From: the human T2T-CHM13v2.0 reference genome, Homo sapiens
Length of the DNA stretch: 64,000 nt
Assembly: GCF_009914755.1 (NCBI RefSeq)
Contig: NC_060947.1
Reading direction: 5' to 3' (one strand)
The position numbers and the translations under genes are program-made. Every line of letters begins with the position of its first letter. The stretch's first letter is position 1. This document shows, piece by piece, positions 13,410-26,500 of this stretch. The notes under the pieces are model-generated. The model did not search any database, was not told where the DNA came from, and saw nothing but the letters and a program-made list of their open reading frames with translations.

Positions 13410-13790
13410 GTCAGAGGAATTAAAATATGCAAATGAAAAATGCAAATGATAAAAGCTAGGCATTGCTCACCATGGCGTTCCCAGGGTTTTCTTGAATAGC
13501 AGCAAATTAAAGAAATGCTATGTAATCAAAGTTTATATCAAGCCTTAAGAAAGAAAAACTCCATTATCTCTAAATATAGCGATGTATTTCAATGTACGCC
13601 TTCGTGTCTTGAAATTATGTGCGGCTCACTGAACCAGTGTGCACACAGTGCATTGGGTTTCCTTGGGGTGGGGGGCCGGGGGGCGGGCAAGGTCTCTGCT
13701 TGCTCTACCCTTTGTTCTCATGTAATTAACAGATTACAATTAACAGAGAAATGTAATTTGCACCACAAACCCTTTTGGCCCAGATTTGGT
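13410..13790. promoter_or_regulatory. Candidate enhancer (tandem octamer, SOX and homeodomain motifs) in repeat-free sequence
   Basis: ATGCAAAT at 13427-13434 and 13440-13447; CTTTGTT 13710-13716; TAATTA 13723-13728; TAATTTGCA 13754-13762; GC-box GGGGCGGG near 13680. Confidence 0.35.
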
Positions 13791-14630
13791 CCCGGTGTTT
13801 TCCCTGTGCAACTCAGCTTGCAAATTCCCAGTTTAAATTCTCAATTTGAGGAGGGGGCTGGGGCAAGAACAGGAAGCGGGGCGTTCTGCAAGCTGGGTCT
13901 CCATATACTTGGTCCTTTCTTAGCAGGAGGGGGTTTAAGTACCACTCCAGACACTTAAGAGCTGTTCTTTCCTCTCTCCTGGGACTACCGGGGCTGCTTA
14001 AACTTCCCCAGGGATTTTTGATTCTCACATTGGGTTTGGAGTTTGAAAGTGTTACATTAAATAAGTCTTGCATTTCACTTCACACCATGGAGCCAGGGTA
14101 GCCATGACTTTCACCTCCACATAGCTCATATCTAGAATGGAGCCCTTATCAAGGATCTCGGGCCCCAGAAGGCTGATCTACAGCACAGCTCAGCAATGAA
14201 TTCACCCTGCTTTCCTTGACGTAAGCATTTGTTTTGGGCATTTGGTAACGCCTGACATAAACAAGGTTGATGTTTTGACTAGGGCTTGAAATATCAGCAG
14301 TGTAGCAGAGGATTTCAATGCTGCACTGTTAGGAGTAGCTTTGGGCACAAGAAGATGGAGAGGGACCCCGTGTTTAGGAGGCTGAAAAAGAGCAGGCAAA
14401 AACATTCCTGCTTCTAAACTAAAGGAAAGCTGAAAAATAGAGACCGTTTACAAGTGTCTTTCAATTTACCCTAAATAGACTAGAGACACAGCCCCTCTGA
14501 AAGGGTTTATTTAACTCTCTGGCTTTCAGACTAAATTCAGGCAATCTTTCTGCTGATCAGGAAAGCAAACATTTTTGTGGCTTCTTCAAATCCAGGATGA
14601 CTTCCTGGACTGATTTATTTATATTTTATT

Positions 14631-14809
14631 TAACCAACACTTACATAGTACTTAGTGTGTGCACAGTCCTGTTATAAAATCTTTCCAAAGATGAACTCAT
14701 TTAATCCTCACAACAATCCTACGAAGTAAGCACTATTATAATGTAGATCTATGAAGGAGGAAACTGAGTGGTTACATGTCTCACCCAAAACCATGCAACC
14801 AGTCAATGG
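14631..14809 (-). mobile_element. MIR SINE
   Basis: aactcatttaatcctcacaacaatcctacgaagtaagcactatta ... gaggaaactgag. Confidence 0.85.
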
Positions 14810-15129
14810 GGTGAATGGGTACACAAACTATGGTACCTCCATCTCATGGAATACTCCTCAGCAGTAAAAAGGAACAAACTATGGATACACACAACAACCT
14901 AGATGGATTTACGGAAAATTCTGCTGAGCAGGCAAAAAGAAGGATCCTTGTGGTGATGGAATTGTTCTGTATCTTGACTGTAAAATGTCAATATCCCGGT
15001 TGTGACATTGTAACATAATTTTGTAAGATGTTACCATTAGGGGAAACTGGGTGAAGGATATATGGGATCTTTCTTACAACTGCATGTGAACCTATAATTA
15101 GTTCAAAATGAAAAGTTTAACTCAAAAAA
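14810..15129 (+). mobile_element. L1MC/MD-type 3' end fragment
   Basis: aaactatggtacctccatctcatggaatactcctcagcagtaaaaagg ... gatgttaccattaggggaaactgggtgaagg ... caactgcatgtgaacctataatt. Confidence 0.85.
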
Positions 15130-15199
15130 TTTACCTCATGTGTTGTTGCATCCAGAAATCCTATCCACAAAGGCCTGCCCCACCTTCACCCTTTATTTA

Positions 15200-15320
15200 A
15201 CCCTTACTTAACCCCCCTGTGCCTCAGTGACCTTATTTGCAAAATGGGATATTAATAGGACCTACCTCAGAGGAATGGCTGTGAAACCTCTGTGGCTTCT
15301 TTCTTAAGTGCTGAGAAGCA
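15200..15320 (+). mobile_element. MIR fragment
   Basis: ctgtgcctcagtgaccttatttgcaaaatgggatattaataggacctacctcagagg. Confidence 0.7.
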
Positions 15321-16976
15321 GTGATAGAGCTGTGGTCACAGAAGGCCTGAATTGAGGGTCAAGGCTAGAAAGACAGCTTTTAGCAGAACAGGTCTGGTCC
15401 TTGCCCTGCCATACTCATAATGGAACCATAGGCAAGCCTCTTCCTCTCTCTGGGCTGCAGACTCTCTGTTGCAGGAACAAAGGGGGATTGGTTGGCCCAA
15501 GAGCATGGAAAGGAAATTGCCAACACCTTTCCAGTACTCATACAAGTTATTTTGTTATTCTGCCATCTTGCCAGGAGACTCTTCCCTGGCATTCAATCTT
15601 AGTGTTAACTAAGTGTCAACTTAGTGTCAGCTAAGTTGATATGCTTGAATTGCTCATCTGGCTCCAGAAACTCTTATATAAATTACTTATTTTTAAATTT
15701 TTTATCAGAGTAATACTTGTAAATAGTTATCAACATCAATTAGAGCACCAGTTCATACTCCATAACGGCAGCCATTTCTAACTCTTGTATCTCTTCAGCT
15801 TCTGGTATGTACTTCCATATTTCTACATAGCATGTCTATACTGAAGTTTTTCATTTTACCATTTTAGAAAATTATTTGCCTCCCTACCCTGGAAGATAAA
15901 GATTTAACTGTCTTGGACCACCTCTATATAGTCTACTCTTTCCCTACCCCAAACTCCCAGTATAACCATATCACCATTTTTACTTAAATCACGATACAGT
16001 GTTTCTGTTATTATAATTATGTAAATATAGTTCACAGCAGAGCCAGGTAGTACACTATAATTATGTTTAATTTATCCTTTATCATACAAACTTTTTCTCA
16101 CTAGAGTTAATCATTGCCTCATATTTTTTTTCCCTTTTTTTGGTAACGCATATCACTATTCATCCCCAAACAATATCTTCTTGATATGGTTAAACACATC
16201 ACATAATTACAGCAGTCATCCTGGGAACTCTTTTTCCATTTCTCCTGTTTCTCATACTGTGTATTTCTCTTTCTTGGTTTTCTTCCTCAAATTGATGGAG
16301 ATCATATTAATTTATCTTCCTGAGAAGAAGCACATCTGAGGCAAAATTTCAGAGGCCTTATTTATTAAACCCACATACCTGAATGAAAAATTGGCTGAGT
16401 ATAGAATCCTAAAGTGGAAATAATTTTTCCCGAAGATGGCAAAGGAGTTGCGCCACTGTTGCCTAGCTTCTAGTGTGGCTGTTGAGAAGCCTGAAGATAT
16501 TCTGATTCAAGATCATTGAAATTTTACCTCTGTTTCTCCCTTTGGAAGCTTTTAGGATCTTCTCTTTATTGCCAATGTTTTGAAATCTCATGATGATGTT
16601 CCTTTGTGTCAAATTTTGTTATTGTTTGGATTCACAGTGCTTGGCACTCAGTGGACCCTGTCAAGTTGGAGGCTCCTCTACTTTAATTTCAGGAAGTGTT
16701 CTTGTGTGATTTCAGCAATAATTTTCACCTCCATTTTCCCCGGCTTTGGGAATTCTCATTAGTTGGATGTTGGGCCTCTTGAATTGATCTAAAGATCTTA
16801 TCTTTTCTTCCATTGGCCCATTTCTGTCCATTTGTTTTACTTTCTGGGATATTTACTCAACTTTATCTCCACCCTTTCTATTGGTATTTTTTTAATGTAT
16901 GCTATTATATTTTTATCTTCCAAGGGCCCTATCTTGTCTATAGCATCGTAAATGCTTGCAGTGATGGATACACCCT

Positions 16977-17420
16977 TATTTTTTAATAGACTTTATTTTT
17001 TAAAGCAGTTTTAGGTTCACAGAAAAACTGAGGGAGAAGTAGAGAGTTCCCATATTCCCCTGACCCCCACATATGTACAGCCTTCCTCACTATCAATATC
17101 CTACACCAGACAGGTGCATTTGTAACATTTGTAACAATTAATAAATCTATATCAATATATCATTATCACCCAAAGTCCATAGTTTACATTAGGATTCACT
17201 CTTGGTGTTATATAGTCTGTGGATTTGGACAAATGGATAATGACATGTTCCCACCATTATTGTGTCATATAGAGTAGTGTCACTGCACTAAAAATCCTCT
17301 GTGCTCTGCCTATTCATACCTCCCTCCCCACTAACCCTTGGCAACCACTGATCTTTTCACTGTCTCCATAGTTGCACCCTTTTCCAGAATGTCGTATCAC
17401 TGTAATTATATAGTATATAG
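16977..17420 (-). mobile_element. L1MC1/L1MC2 3' end
   Basis: gactttattttttaaagcagttttaggttcacagaaaaactgag ... cattatcacccaaagtccatagtttacattagg ... aaaaatcctctgtgctctgcctattca. Confidence 0.88.
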
Positions 17421-17476
17421 TTGTTTTGAGATAATATTTTCTCTTATGTTTCTAAGGATATTAATATATTTTTAAA

Positions 17477-17613
17477 TAACATAAACTTATTATCTTCTAA
17501 TTCCAAAGGTCAGAAGTCCAAAATCTGTCAGTGGGCTAAAATCTAACTGTTGGCAGGCCTGTGTTCCTTTTGCTGGCTCTAGGGTAGAACCTATTTCATT
17601 GCCTTTTCCAGCT
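17477..17613 (-). mobile_element. MLT1 LTR fragment
   Basis: aggtcagaagtccaaaatctgtcagtgggctaaaatc ... ggctctagggtagaacc ... gccttttccagct. Confidence 0.75.
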
Positions 17614-19369
17614 AAGTATGCTAATTTTAATTTTTTTGAAGTTTTCTTCAGCTCCTTGCATTGTCTTTGCTTCCTTTGACTTGTTTTTTGCTTGTTTTAT
17701 GGCTGGCTCTGGTCTCTGCCTTTTGTATAAGAGGCTTTCCACAAATAGCAGACCCTTGCCTATCCCTGCATAGTGAGAATGGGGCAATAGCATTCTGTCA
17801 TTCTGTTAGAAGCTCTATGTTCAGGATAAGGCCTTATCACTTGATGGACTTCACTGTAGGGTGATCTTATGGGGACTCAGTTAATTTATTGGGGGCTCCC
17901 AAGTGTCAGTTTCTGCTGCTCTTTTGCTGGCAAGATGGAGGTGTCCTCCCATCTTTTGCCTGGGGCAATATAAATCTGGCTGTGTTGGCATTCTGGAATG
18001 CAAGTAGGAGAGAAATTTGGGGGTCTTCCCACCATCAGTTATGAAGCTTTCAAGTAATCCCTGTTTTCAGTAAGTTACTTCACCAGTGTGCTTAGCTGGA
18101 TATCTCCAGCAAGTGGAACCTCCTGTCTTCTGCCAGGGTAGTTGTGCCCTGGTACAGGGAGGAGACTAAGGGGCTAACCACTACCCTTGATACACATTCT
18201 GAGCCAGCACTCTTGCCCTCAGCCCTATCGCATGCCCTGCCTTTAAGGATACCCTGCTGCCTCCCATTCTTGAGTCTTCCCAGTTCCTGTCTTATAGTTT
18301 GCTTTGCTTCTTTCTGGCTTACACGGATTTAAATTTCTGTTCTCTTCACTCTGTAAATTCACCCAAAACTCATCCATTCACTTTCCAGCTGCATCTCTTG
18401 TTTGCAGTTGCCTCATTTCCCCCCATTATTTTGCTCCTACAGGTACAGGCTTTTCTTTATTTCTTTACTGTCATTTGAGTGGGGTTTGGAGAGGGAACAC
18501 AGATAAACATGGGTGCTCAATCCACTGTGTTTAACCAGCAATCCTCAAGACTTTGAGGCCAAGAGTTTGTCTAGAAAGAGGAAAAAAGTTTACTTTTTTA
18601 TCTCAACAACTGCTTTTACCCCAACAGGGCATCCCTTCCTGGCCCAATGCCAGCATCCCCTCTTGGTTAATGCAACACATTCAAGCCAAGGTGGTCACAT
18701 AAAAGGTGTCTGGGGCCTTCTAGGGTACACATCCTAGACCTCTGGGGTCTCAGAGAGTGTTTTCTGTCACTTTACTATACCCAGATTTTGAGCTTTGGGG
18801 GTCTAAACCAAGGACATGCTCAAACCAAGGGCACAGACCTTTGCTTAATCCAACACATTCAAACCAGACTGGTCACAGTACAGTCATCACGTTAGAGCCC
18901 AGTAACAATAGTTATTAAGAGACTTTCAATCAGGAAAACACAATGGTTTTTGCTCAAGAGATACTGATTCTCTTTCAATTCTAAGAAATAATCTTAGCCT
19001 CAGTTGCTGTGGAAGATGGAGGTCACAGCAGGATATAGTAAGAACATCTTATTGTGGTAACTCAGTTTTCTTCTCTGCAGGAAAATGCCAGACCTTTTGC
19101 CTAGTGTCACTGTGCCATCGAGACCCTGAGTCACTGCTACCATAGCAATAAAAATACAAACCCATCTGGCATTTTTGGAAGCAAAAGGATTGCCAGTAAA
19201 CACCTGCCACCCAATTGCCTCCACCACGGAATGAATGCAGCTTGAAAACAAACACTGGAGTTTAAGGTGACTTGACCTGAGAAAGCCACTGAGATTTTTA
19301 AGCAAAGCATGTACCATCCCCCTCCTCCATCTTTGCCATGCCCTGCACATCCCTATGAATCCCCCTAAC

Positions 19370-19480
19370 CAGGGATGGCAAGAAATTTACACACATGACA
19401 TCACCCCTCCTTCCTGCTTGCCTGGCAGACATTGCTAATCAATCATGGTGCTCATCCCACTGAGCCTGGATTCAGCCACT
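19370..19480 (+). mobile_element. hAT-Charlie MITE fragment (MER117-like)
   Basis: TIR-like cagggatggcaa followed by ggcagacattgctaatcaatcatggtgctcatcccactgagcc. Confidence 0.65.
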
Positions 19481-20654
19481 TCCAGTCTGTGAATGTTGGA
19501 ATACAAGTCAAAATCCCTGTGCCTTCCTTGTCCCGGAGTCTAAGGATATTGGTTGTTGAAGTAACCTACCCCTGTCAGCAGGCAGAAGTGCCTTCAAACT
19601 GTGCACAGGCTTCAGACGTCTTCCTCATGGTCTGTCTGCCCCACACTCCTTCAAGAAGGAGCCAGATTGAAGCCACATCACTTCCAAGGTCAAATGGGAA
19701 TGGCATGGGCAGACTATTCTCCTCAATTCTCCATTACCTCAAACTTACAGGCAGCATGGGCTCCCAGACCTCAAAATCTGGGTGGGGTAGAGTGACAGAA
19801 CACACTCTGTGAACCCCCAGCTAGGAATCAGATGTGCTACATTCCCTTAAGAAGCTAAGAGGTAAGTCAAGGAGACACCACCACATCTAGAAACCTTGGT
19901 CTCCTAGGTGAAAAGACCCAATTCCCAGATGGCTTGAAGAGCCCAGTCACTCCAAATAGTGGTGGAGCCTTCTGTTCCTTAGTCAAGCTTGTCCATCCCT
20001 GGATGCACTTCCTTCCCAAGATTATGACCAAGACTTTTCCATGTCACTTTGTGGTCCCAAAAGGGTCACCAGCAATTCCCCAGGCAACTGTGGTGAGTTT
20101 CCCTAAAACAAGACTAACCTCTGAGCCCCAGGTGATATTCCTGCCCTGGTGGACATCTGTTGCTCCTCTTCTGAGAGACGAACAAGGCCTACCTGACAAG
20201 GATGACAGCGGGATCCTACTGGGGGTCAAGGTTAGAAATGAGAAGAGCTGTAGCTTGCTTCTCATCTTCTCTGTCTCGGTCATTTCTGCAGTTGCCACCG
20301 TCTCATCCTCTCTACTTCCCCGAGCACCCTGGAGATACGTGTACAGAGAAGCACTAAGCCTGCTCAGCTGTGGCAGTCTGAAGCCTCACTTCCCACAGCA
20401 CCATGCATGCACCTGCCTCTCCAGACTGTGAGCTCCCAGCAGGCAGGGACCCCATGGGCCAGGCAGCCTGGCCTGTGTCACAGCTACAAACACCAGGCCA
20501 GAGAGACAAAACTGCAAGCCAGTGAGCAGACCCCATGCCAGTGGGCATAAGCCACTCGAGCCTCCCCTGCCTCGGTAGCCAGAGCATAGCCTGAAAAAGC
20601 ACAGGGCTGGCAAATGGGGATTCAAAGGCCAGACCATGCTCAAAAAACAGCCCA

Positions 20655-20949
20655 GGCAAAGCTTGATGGCTCACATCTATAATCCCAGCACTCTGGGAGG
20701 CCGAGGCAAGAGCATGGCTTGAGCCAGGAGTTTGAGACCGGCCCTGGCAACATAGCAAGACCCCATTTCCACAAAAAACTTTTAAAAATTATCTGAATGT
20801 GGTAGTGCCTGCCTATAATCTCAACTACTGGGAAGGCTCAGGTGGGAGGATCACTTGAGCCTGGGAGTTCAAGGCTGCAGTGAGCCATGGTAGCACCATT
20901 GCACTCTAGCTTGGGCAACAGAGTAAGACACCGAAAAAAAAAAAAAAAA
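20655..20949 (+). mobile_element. AluJ (old, diverged)
   Basis: J-type diagnostics gcaacatagcaagacccc and ggaggatcacttgagcctgggagttcaaggctgcagtgagcc; poly(A) to 20949. Confidence 0.92.
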
Positions 20950-22334
20950 CTTAGCCTAGACCCCAGTGGCTTCATTGGTGGCAAGGCTTCACAGCAGCAC
21001 TTCTGCTGGGTTCTGGCCCCCAGCTCCTCACAAGCACCCACTCTTAACCTAAGAGCCCAGCTGTGAAGAGGGCCCTGGTGGATCTATGGCTCTGCCCCCA
21101 ATCCTCACAGTGTGAGCAGAGCCCGTGTCCAGCACAGGGCCAAGCACAGGAGAAACCCCATGTTCCTCCACGCCCCTTGGCCCCACAGAGGAGCCTGACC
21201 TAGCTGGGGAGCCAGGGTTCTGTGACCTCAGGGACCCTGTCAGTTCAGCCTCCTTTACTCAAATTATAGTGAGGCTCAAAGAGGAAAAAAATTGTCACCT
21301 GGTCAGGCAGGACTCAGGCATTTGAGAAGGTGAGGCGGGGCAGAGGGCTCCAATTTATTTTCCATTTCCTGTATATGCTGCACGGCTTTCAGTGTTTTAA
21401 TTGATTACATCAACTGTGCTCATTTCCCTGGACAAATTGGTCTTTACACAGAAGAGGCAATTACCTGGGCTTGTTCCATCCCAATCGTCAGGAGCAGGCA
21501 GGAACCTCTTTGGGGCTGCACAAGATTATGTTATCTGAAAAGACTCAGATTCAAAATGAGGGCAATTATTTCAGCCTTATAACTTTTTTCGTTTGCCTAA
21601 CAATATCTGGTGCTGCTGTGGGTCCTACAGGGCAGGAGGAAGAGCGCCTAAGTCTGCCTAAAGGCCTCAAGAACAGGCTTTGCCTGGTCACTGTGAGCAA
21701 TGTGGGCAGGCAGCAGTTCCGGAGGAGCTGGATGTAGGATGACGAAAAAGGGCAGGGTGAAGGGCTAGGCTCAAGCTGCATTCTGCCACCTGTGGGCCAT
21801 GTAGCTTTGAACTACTCAGCCTCTCTGAGCCTCGGCTGCCCGATCTAGGACAAGGAGCTAAGATTCTTTGCCTTGTGGCAATTAAAGGAAGGTTGTAGAA
21901 CCCCATGGATCATGAGTGTCAATTTGTTTTGTTGACTCTCAAAGCTTTGCCCTTGGGAGAGCAGCCCAGGAACCCAGAGGCATCTGGAGAGTAGAAGCCC
22001 CAGGTCTGATGGAGGAATCCTCAAGACTATCATGAAAGCCACTGGATTTGGGGTCTGGGATGGGGAATAGGGTGAAGCCAGCGAGACATCTAAGGAGGCC
22101 TCACCTCAGCTGTGCACAAGTGCAGGGTCGGCATCTTGGGCACCTCACTGGCCTCACTCTGGCCCTCACTCTGCATGGGGCCTTTCACTTTCAGCCAGGA
22201 AAGTAGGCAGGGCTTGGGCCAAAGTGGCTATGGACTATTTGCTTTGGATCCTAATTGTTCTAGAAAGTCTTCTAGGGGTCTATCTGTGCCTCTATCCCAA
22301 GCAGAAATGGCTCTCAGAGAATGAGGCAGGGGCT

Positions 22335-22520
22335 AGCAAGGATGCAGAGCAAGCCCTGGGCTAGGAGGGGGAGGCCTGGCTTCCAGGTCACGTTCTGCCA
22401 CTGGCTCATGGTAAGCCGTGGCCAGGTCCACACTCTCTGTGGACTTCAGTGTGCCCATTGTTTGGTTAGGGCCTTGGCCTGGATCATCTCTAAGGCTAGT
22501 TCTAGCTCTGATATTCTCCA
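22335..22520 (+). mobile_element. MIR3/MIR-like SINE
   Basis: ctctctgtggacttcagtgtgcccattg ... ggcctggatcatctctaaggctagttctagctctgatattct. Confidence 0.65.
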
Positions 22521-24833
22521 AAGTGATAACCTCGAGGGTTGCAGAAAGTCCCAATCACTTGGGCCACAGCCCTGGGCTGGTGTAGAGTTGCCAACAGGCA
22601 GTGAAGGTGGCTTAACACCCACCATCTACTGGACCACTGGCTGCACCTCTCTGGTGAAAATGCTGTGCATGTGCCTGAGCAGGACTGATTGCTTTGTTCT
22701 AGCCAAATTGAATCCGAAGCAGATGCTCTAATGTGAGTTTGGGGCGTAGGATCTGGATTTTTAAACTGCCAAAGGAAACAAGGTCACCTTATGCATGCAT
22801 GGTTGTCCAATTTTGTTTCTGAAAATCAAAGCTTTCTTATTTTTTTTTAAAGTTTGAGATGCTCTCATGAGGACTTTAATGCAGATGAACATGTGGAATT
22901 TAGACTTTTTTTTTTTAGTTTATTTTCAAAAGGTGCTTGCAGCCAATTCCAAGTGTTATATAATTCAGGCCTTTTATATGAACTACCCTTCATATAAAAG
23001 TTAGAAACTCCAGAGAAGCCGAGTCTTTAAGGAAAGTGCTAACCCAGGCTTAACTTGAAGAGCATACATTGTTCAATTCTAGTGGTCCTGGGAAGTAGGC
23101 AGAAAAAGTGATGCTTGTCTCCTTGTCATAGATGACAAAACAAGGCTCAAAAGGTGAAGTCATGTGCCAAAGTCACACAGTGAGTAAGAGGGTTCACTTC
23201 ATGCCCATACTGTGAACCTCACACCACCCACCAAGGTTGCCCTGTTGGCCTAGAAGCATGGGGTGTTGTGGGATCAGCCTTGCTTAGCACCCATTCATGT
23301 GCAACCCAGAAATAAGAGGTGAGCCCTTGATGAGTGGAAGATGGGAGCCTGTGGCTACATTCTTCTTCTCCTTCCAGACACATGCCTTGAGTTTATGCAG
23401 GGTCAAGCAGTCAGTCGCAAACAGCAGCCACCAGATCAGCAGTGCATCTCACGTGGGTCCTCCCTCCATTGTGGCATCACTGCCCCTTTCCTTCACTCTT
23501 GCCCCCTGTGGCATCCCACTGCCTGGTAAAATCTTAGTCGCTATAAGACTGCTTTCGGGGAAAACCAGACTAAGGCTTCCTGGCATCAGGCACAAAGCCT
23601 GGCATGTGGTAGGTGCTCACTAAATGCCAGGGAAAGGTAAGGTATACGAAAAAGATGACCTTCCAGAAATGTCATCCTGGAGTCCCCATGCACGCATGAC
23701 TCAGGGGTCAGCCAGAGACTTGGGCAGTGTCTATACACAGGATCTAGGACTCCTCCCTGCCTCTCCCATCTATAGGATTCCCCTTCACTTTTTAGCAGCT
23801 GAGATGATTGCCCTGAAGGCCGTCATATTGTTGTTCATACCAGAAAGACTGTGAGTTTGCCTTGGGGTTACCCTGCAAGGTGCAGAGTGGGGCTGCCCCA
23901 GGCTAGAAGCTGTGTAAGCAGGAAGTACATCCAGGACTGTTTCCTTCCCCCAAGCGTTGACTTTCTTCCAGAATCTGCCTGCTTTGGGTAGCTCTCCAGT
24001 GCCTTCAGGTGTGTGTTTTGGTTTGGTTTGGTTTGAAATGCACAGTTGTCATCCGCAGGAGGCTTGGTCCCAAAGGAGCTTACTCAGCATTGCCAGAAGT
24101 GGAAGCTCCCCAGGGTGAATTGGATCCTATCCTCTCTGGGCCCAGGCCCAAGGCAAGATGCAGGAAAGTTCCCCTGAGGAAGACACAACCTTGAGAGGCT
24201 CTGTGCCAGGGACCCTGACATGTTGGCCTCGGCACCTCTATCCCTGATTGGCTGGCCCACAACTGACAATACCACTCATACCCTGTACTTGCCCAGACGG
24301 GGCCAGGAAGTCAAGCACCCCTGGCTTCTGGGCCGCTTCTCGATGAGTCATTATGGCCAGATGCTATGGGACCACAGGCTGGCTGACCACTGGTTCCCTG
24401 TGTCTCTGAGGTGTTGAGAGCACCCTTGGGCTGCCTGCTAAGTGATGTCGGCTTGCCTTCCCTTGGGAACGATTACCTGTGTTCAGCATCAGTCCTCATC
24501 AACTTCTTGAAATCCTCCTGTGGATCCTTCTCCCCCAGTGGCATCTCCCCTTCTTGGGAGGGTGTTTCTCTTTTCCTAGGTCCTTAACTTCTCAACAGAG
24601 CTGGCTATGGGGGCTGGTGGTTGGGGCCTGCCTCCCTAGCCTCTGGCATTGCAGGTACAGAGGGAGGCCAGGGTCGTAGGGCTGAGACAAGGCGGGAAGA
24701 CTTCCCTGCACCATCTGGGGAGAACTTAGGATGAGGCTGAGGTAGATGCTTGGCAGGAAACAGGGTCAGACACATTCTCAGGAGGAAGGCACAGGACAGG
24801 CTAGTGCTGGAGGACAGCAGAAATATGGGGCTG

Positions 24834-25301
24834 TGTATCAGTTTCCTGTGGCTGCTGTCATGAATTACCACAAACTTGGCGGCTCAAAACAACACACATT
24901 TATTCTCTTACAGTTCTGGAGTTCAGGAAGTCTAAAGTCAAGGTGCCAAGTGGAGGTGGTTCCTTTTGCAGACTAGGGAGAATCTGCTTCCTTGCCTTTT
25001 CCAGCTTCTGGAGGCTGCCTCACCTCTTGGCTCATGGCCCCTTCCTCCATCTTCAAAGCCAGAAGCACAGTGTCTTCAAATCTCTCTTTCTCTTTCTGAA
25101 TCTGACCCTCCTGCCTCCCTCCTTCTCTTATAAGGACCCTTGTGAAAAACTAGATAATTCAGGATAATCTCCTCGTTTCAGGATCCCTAATTTAGTCATA
25201 TCTGCAAAGTCCCTTTTGCCATATAAGGTAGCATTCACAGATTCCAGGGAGTGAAGTCATGGCCATTTTTGGAAGAAAGGGGCATTATTCAGCCTATCCC
25301 A
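24834..25301 (-). mobile_element. MaLR solo LTR (MLT1D-like)
   Basis: tgtatcagtttcctgtggctgctgtcatgaattaccacaaacttgg ... atctgcaaagtcccttttgccatataaggt ... cattattcagcctatccca; TSD ggctg/gtctg. Confidence 0.9.
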
Positions 25302-25339
25302 GTCTGGGAGGGGCTGGGGCCATAGACCAGGTAGGCCTC

Positions 25340-25540
25340 TGTCTCAGTCAGCTCAGGCTATGTAACAAATACCATAGTCCAGGAGCTTAAACAACAGACA
25401 TTTATTTTCTCACAGTTCTGGAGGTAAAAATCCCAAGATGAAGGTGTCAGCATGATCGGTCCCTAGTGAGGGTGCTCTTCCTGGATTATAGATGGCTGCC
25501 TTCTCACTGTGTCCTCACACTAGGGATATATATATATATC

Positions 25541-25574
<34 letters not shown>

Positions 25575-25738
25575 CTCGGTGTTTCTTCTTACAGGGGCTA
25601 ATCCCATCATGAGGGTCCTACCCTCAGAACCTCACATAAACCTAATTACCTCCTAACAGCCCCATCTCCAAACACCATCATGCCAGGGCTTAAGGCTTGA
25701 CATATTAATTTTGAGGTGACGCAATTCAGTCCATAGCA
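25340..25738 (-). mobile_element. MaLR solo LTR (MLT1A-like) with internal (TA)n(GA)n microsatellite
   Basis: tgtctcagtcagctcaggct ... aattcagtccatagca; TSD gcctc/gcccc; STR at ~25526-25570. Confidence 0.9.
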
Positions 25739-25879
25739 GCCCCTAGGCACACCGGCAGCAGCCCTTAGGGAGGCCTAGTACGGCAGGAGCAAGAACTGGG
25801 CTCATTGCAACAGATGGTAAACAGAGGCAGGCAGTAGTTCATGGCAAACAGCACACCAGGATCCGGAGATCAGTCAGTA

Positions 25880-26500
25880 GGGAAAGAGCTCCAATGCCTG
25901 GGCCAAGATGGAATGAGCTGGGCTGAGATTTAGAGATGGCTCCAGGACTGACAAGTTCCTGGGGATGGGCCTGCAGGTCAGGAGTTGGGAGAGGACGGAA
26001 GCAGGGGCTGGAAGCTAGGCAGGGCCTGATTCCAAGCCTCATCTTCATTTGGAGAGAGCTGCAGCTGTGGCTAATTAGAGCATAATTAGATTTGAGAAAG
26101 GTCACTCTGTCCCTCACTCAAGCCCATTTTGCTGTCATTATTGAGTACCTGTTGCATTCCAGGCCCTGAACTGACCCGAGGGGAATGCAGTGAGGGACCA
26201 CGCTTGGCCTCTGCTCGCCAAGCTTGCAGGAGAGTCAACACCAACACACACACACATGCAACAACTAAACAACCATGCAGGGGTCTTTTGTTAGAGGCTC
26301 AAAACAAATTAAAACAGGTTCTAAAGCAACCAGGAAAGGCTTCCCAAACAAAGCAGCCCCCAAACCTGGCCCAATAAGATGGGAAAGATTTGACTTGGCG
26401 AAGCAGAAGGCATCTTGTGTGACAGGACAACAGACACAAGGGCCCAGATGTGGGAAGCATGTGGCACTGTCCAGAAGGCTTTGACCAGCCAGTCTGGCCA
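25880..26500 (-). mobile_element. Degenerate L2 fragments
   Basis: ttattgagtacctgttgcattccaggccctgaactg and gagatttagagatggctccaggactgac resemble antisense L2. Confidence 0.5.

Larger units (their letters stand above)
15688..18545 (-). mobile_element. HAL1-like (half-L1, ORF1-only) element, near full length, interrupted
   Basis: Minus-strand 3' end aactatttacaagtattactctgataaaaaatttaaaa lies only ~700 bp from antisense ORF1-type sequence (ttggctgagtatagaatcctaaagtggaaataattttt; ctagtgtggctgttgagaagcctga) with no ORF2 between; 5'-end-like sequence near 18470-18545. Confidence 0.6.

Noticed and set aside
19934-20431. 165-aa ORF
   Set aside because: Non-ATG start, no recognisable domain, overlapping ORFs on the other strand; chance ORF.
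21340-21620. Possible enhancer (aattgattacatcaa, caatta motifs)
   Set aside because: Motif density too low to distinguish from background without conservation data.
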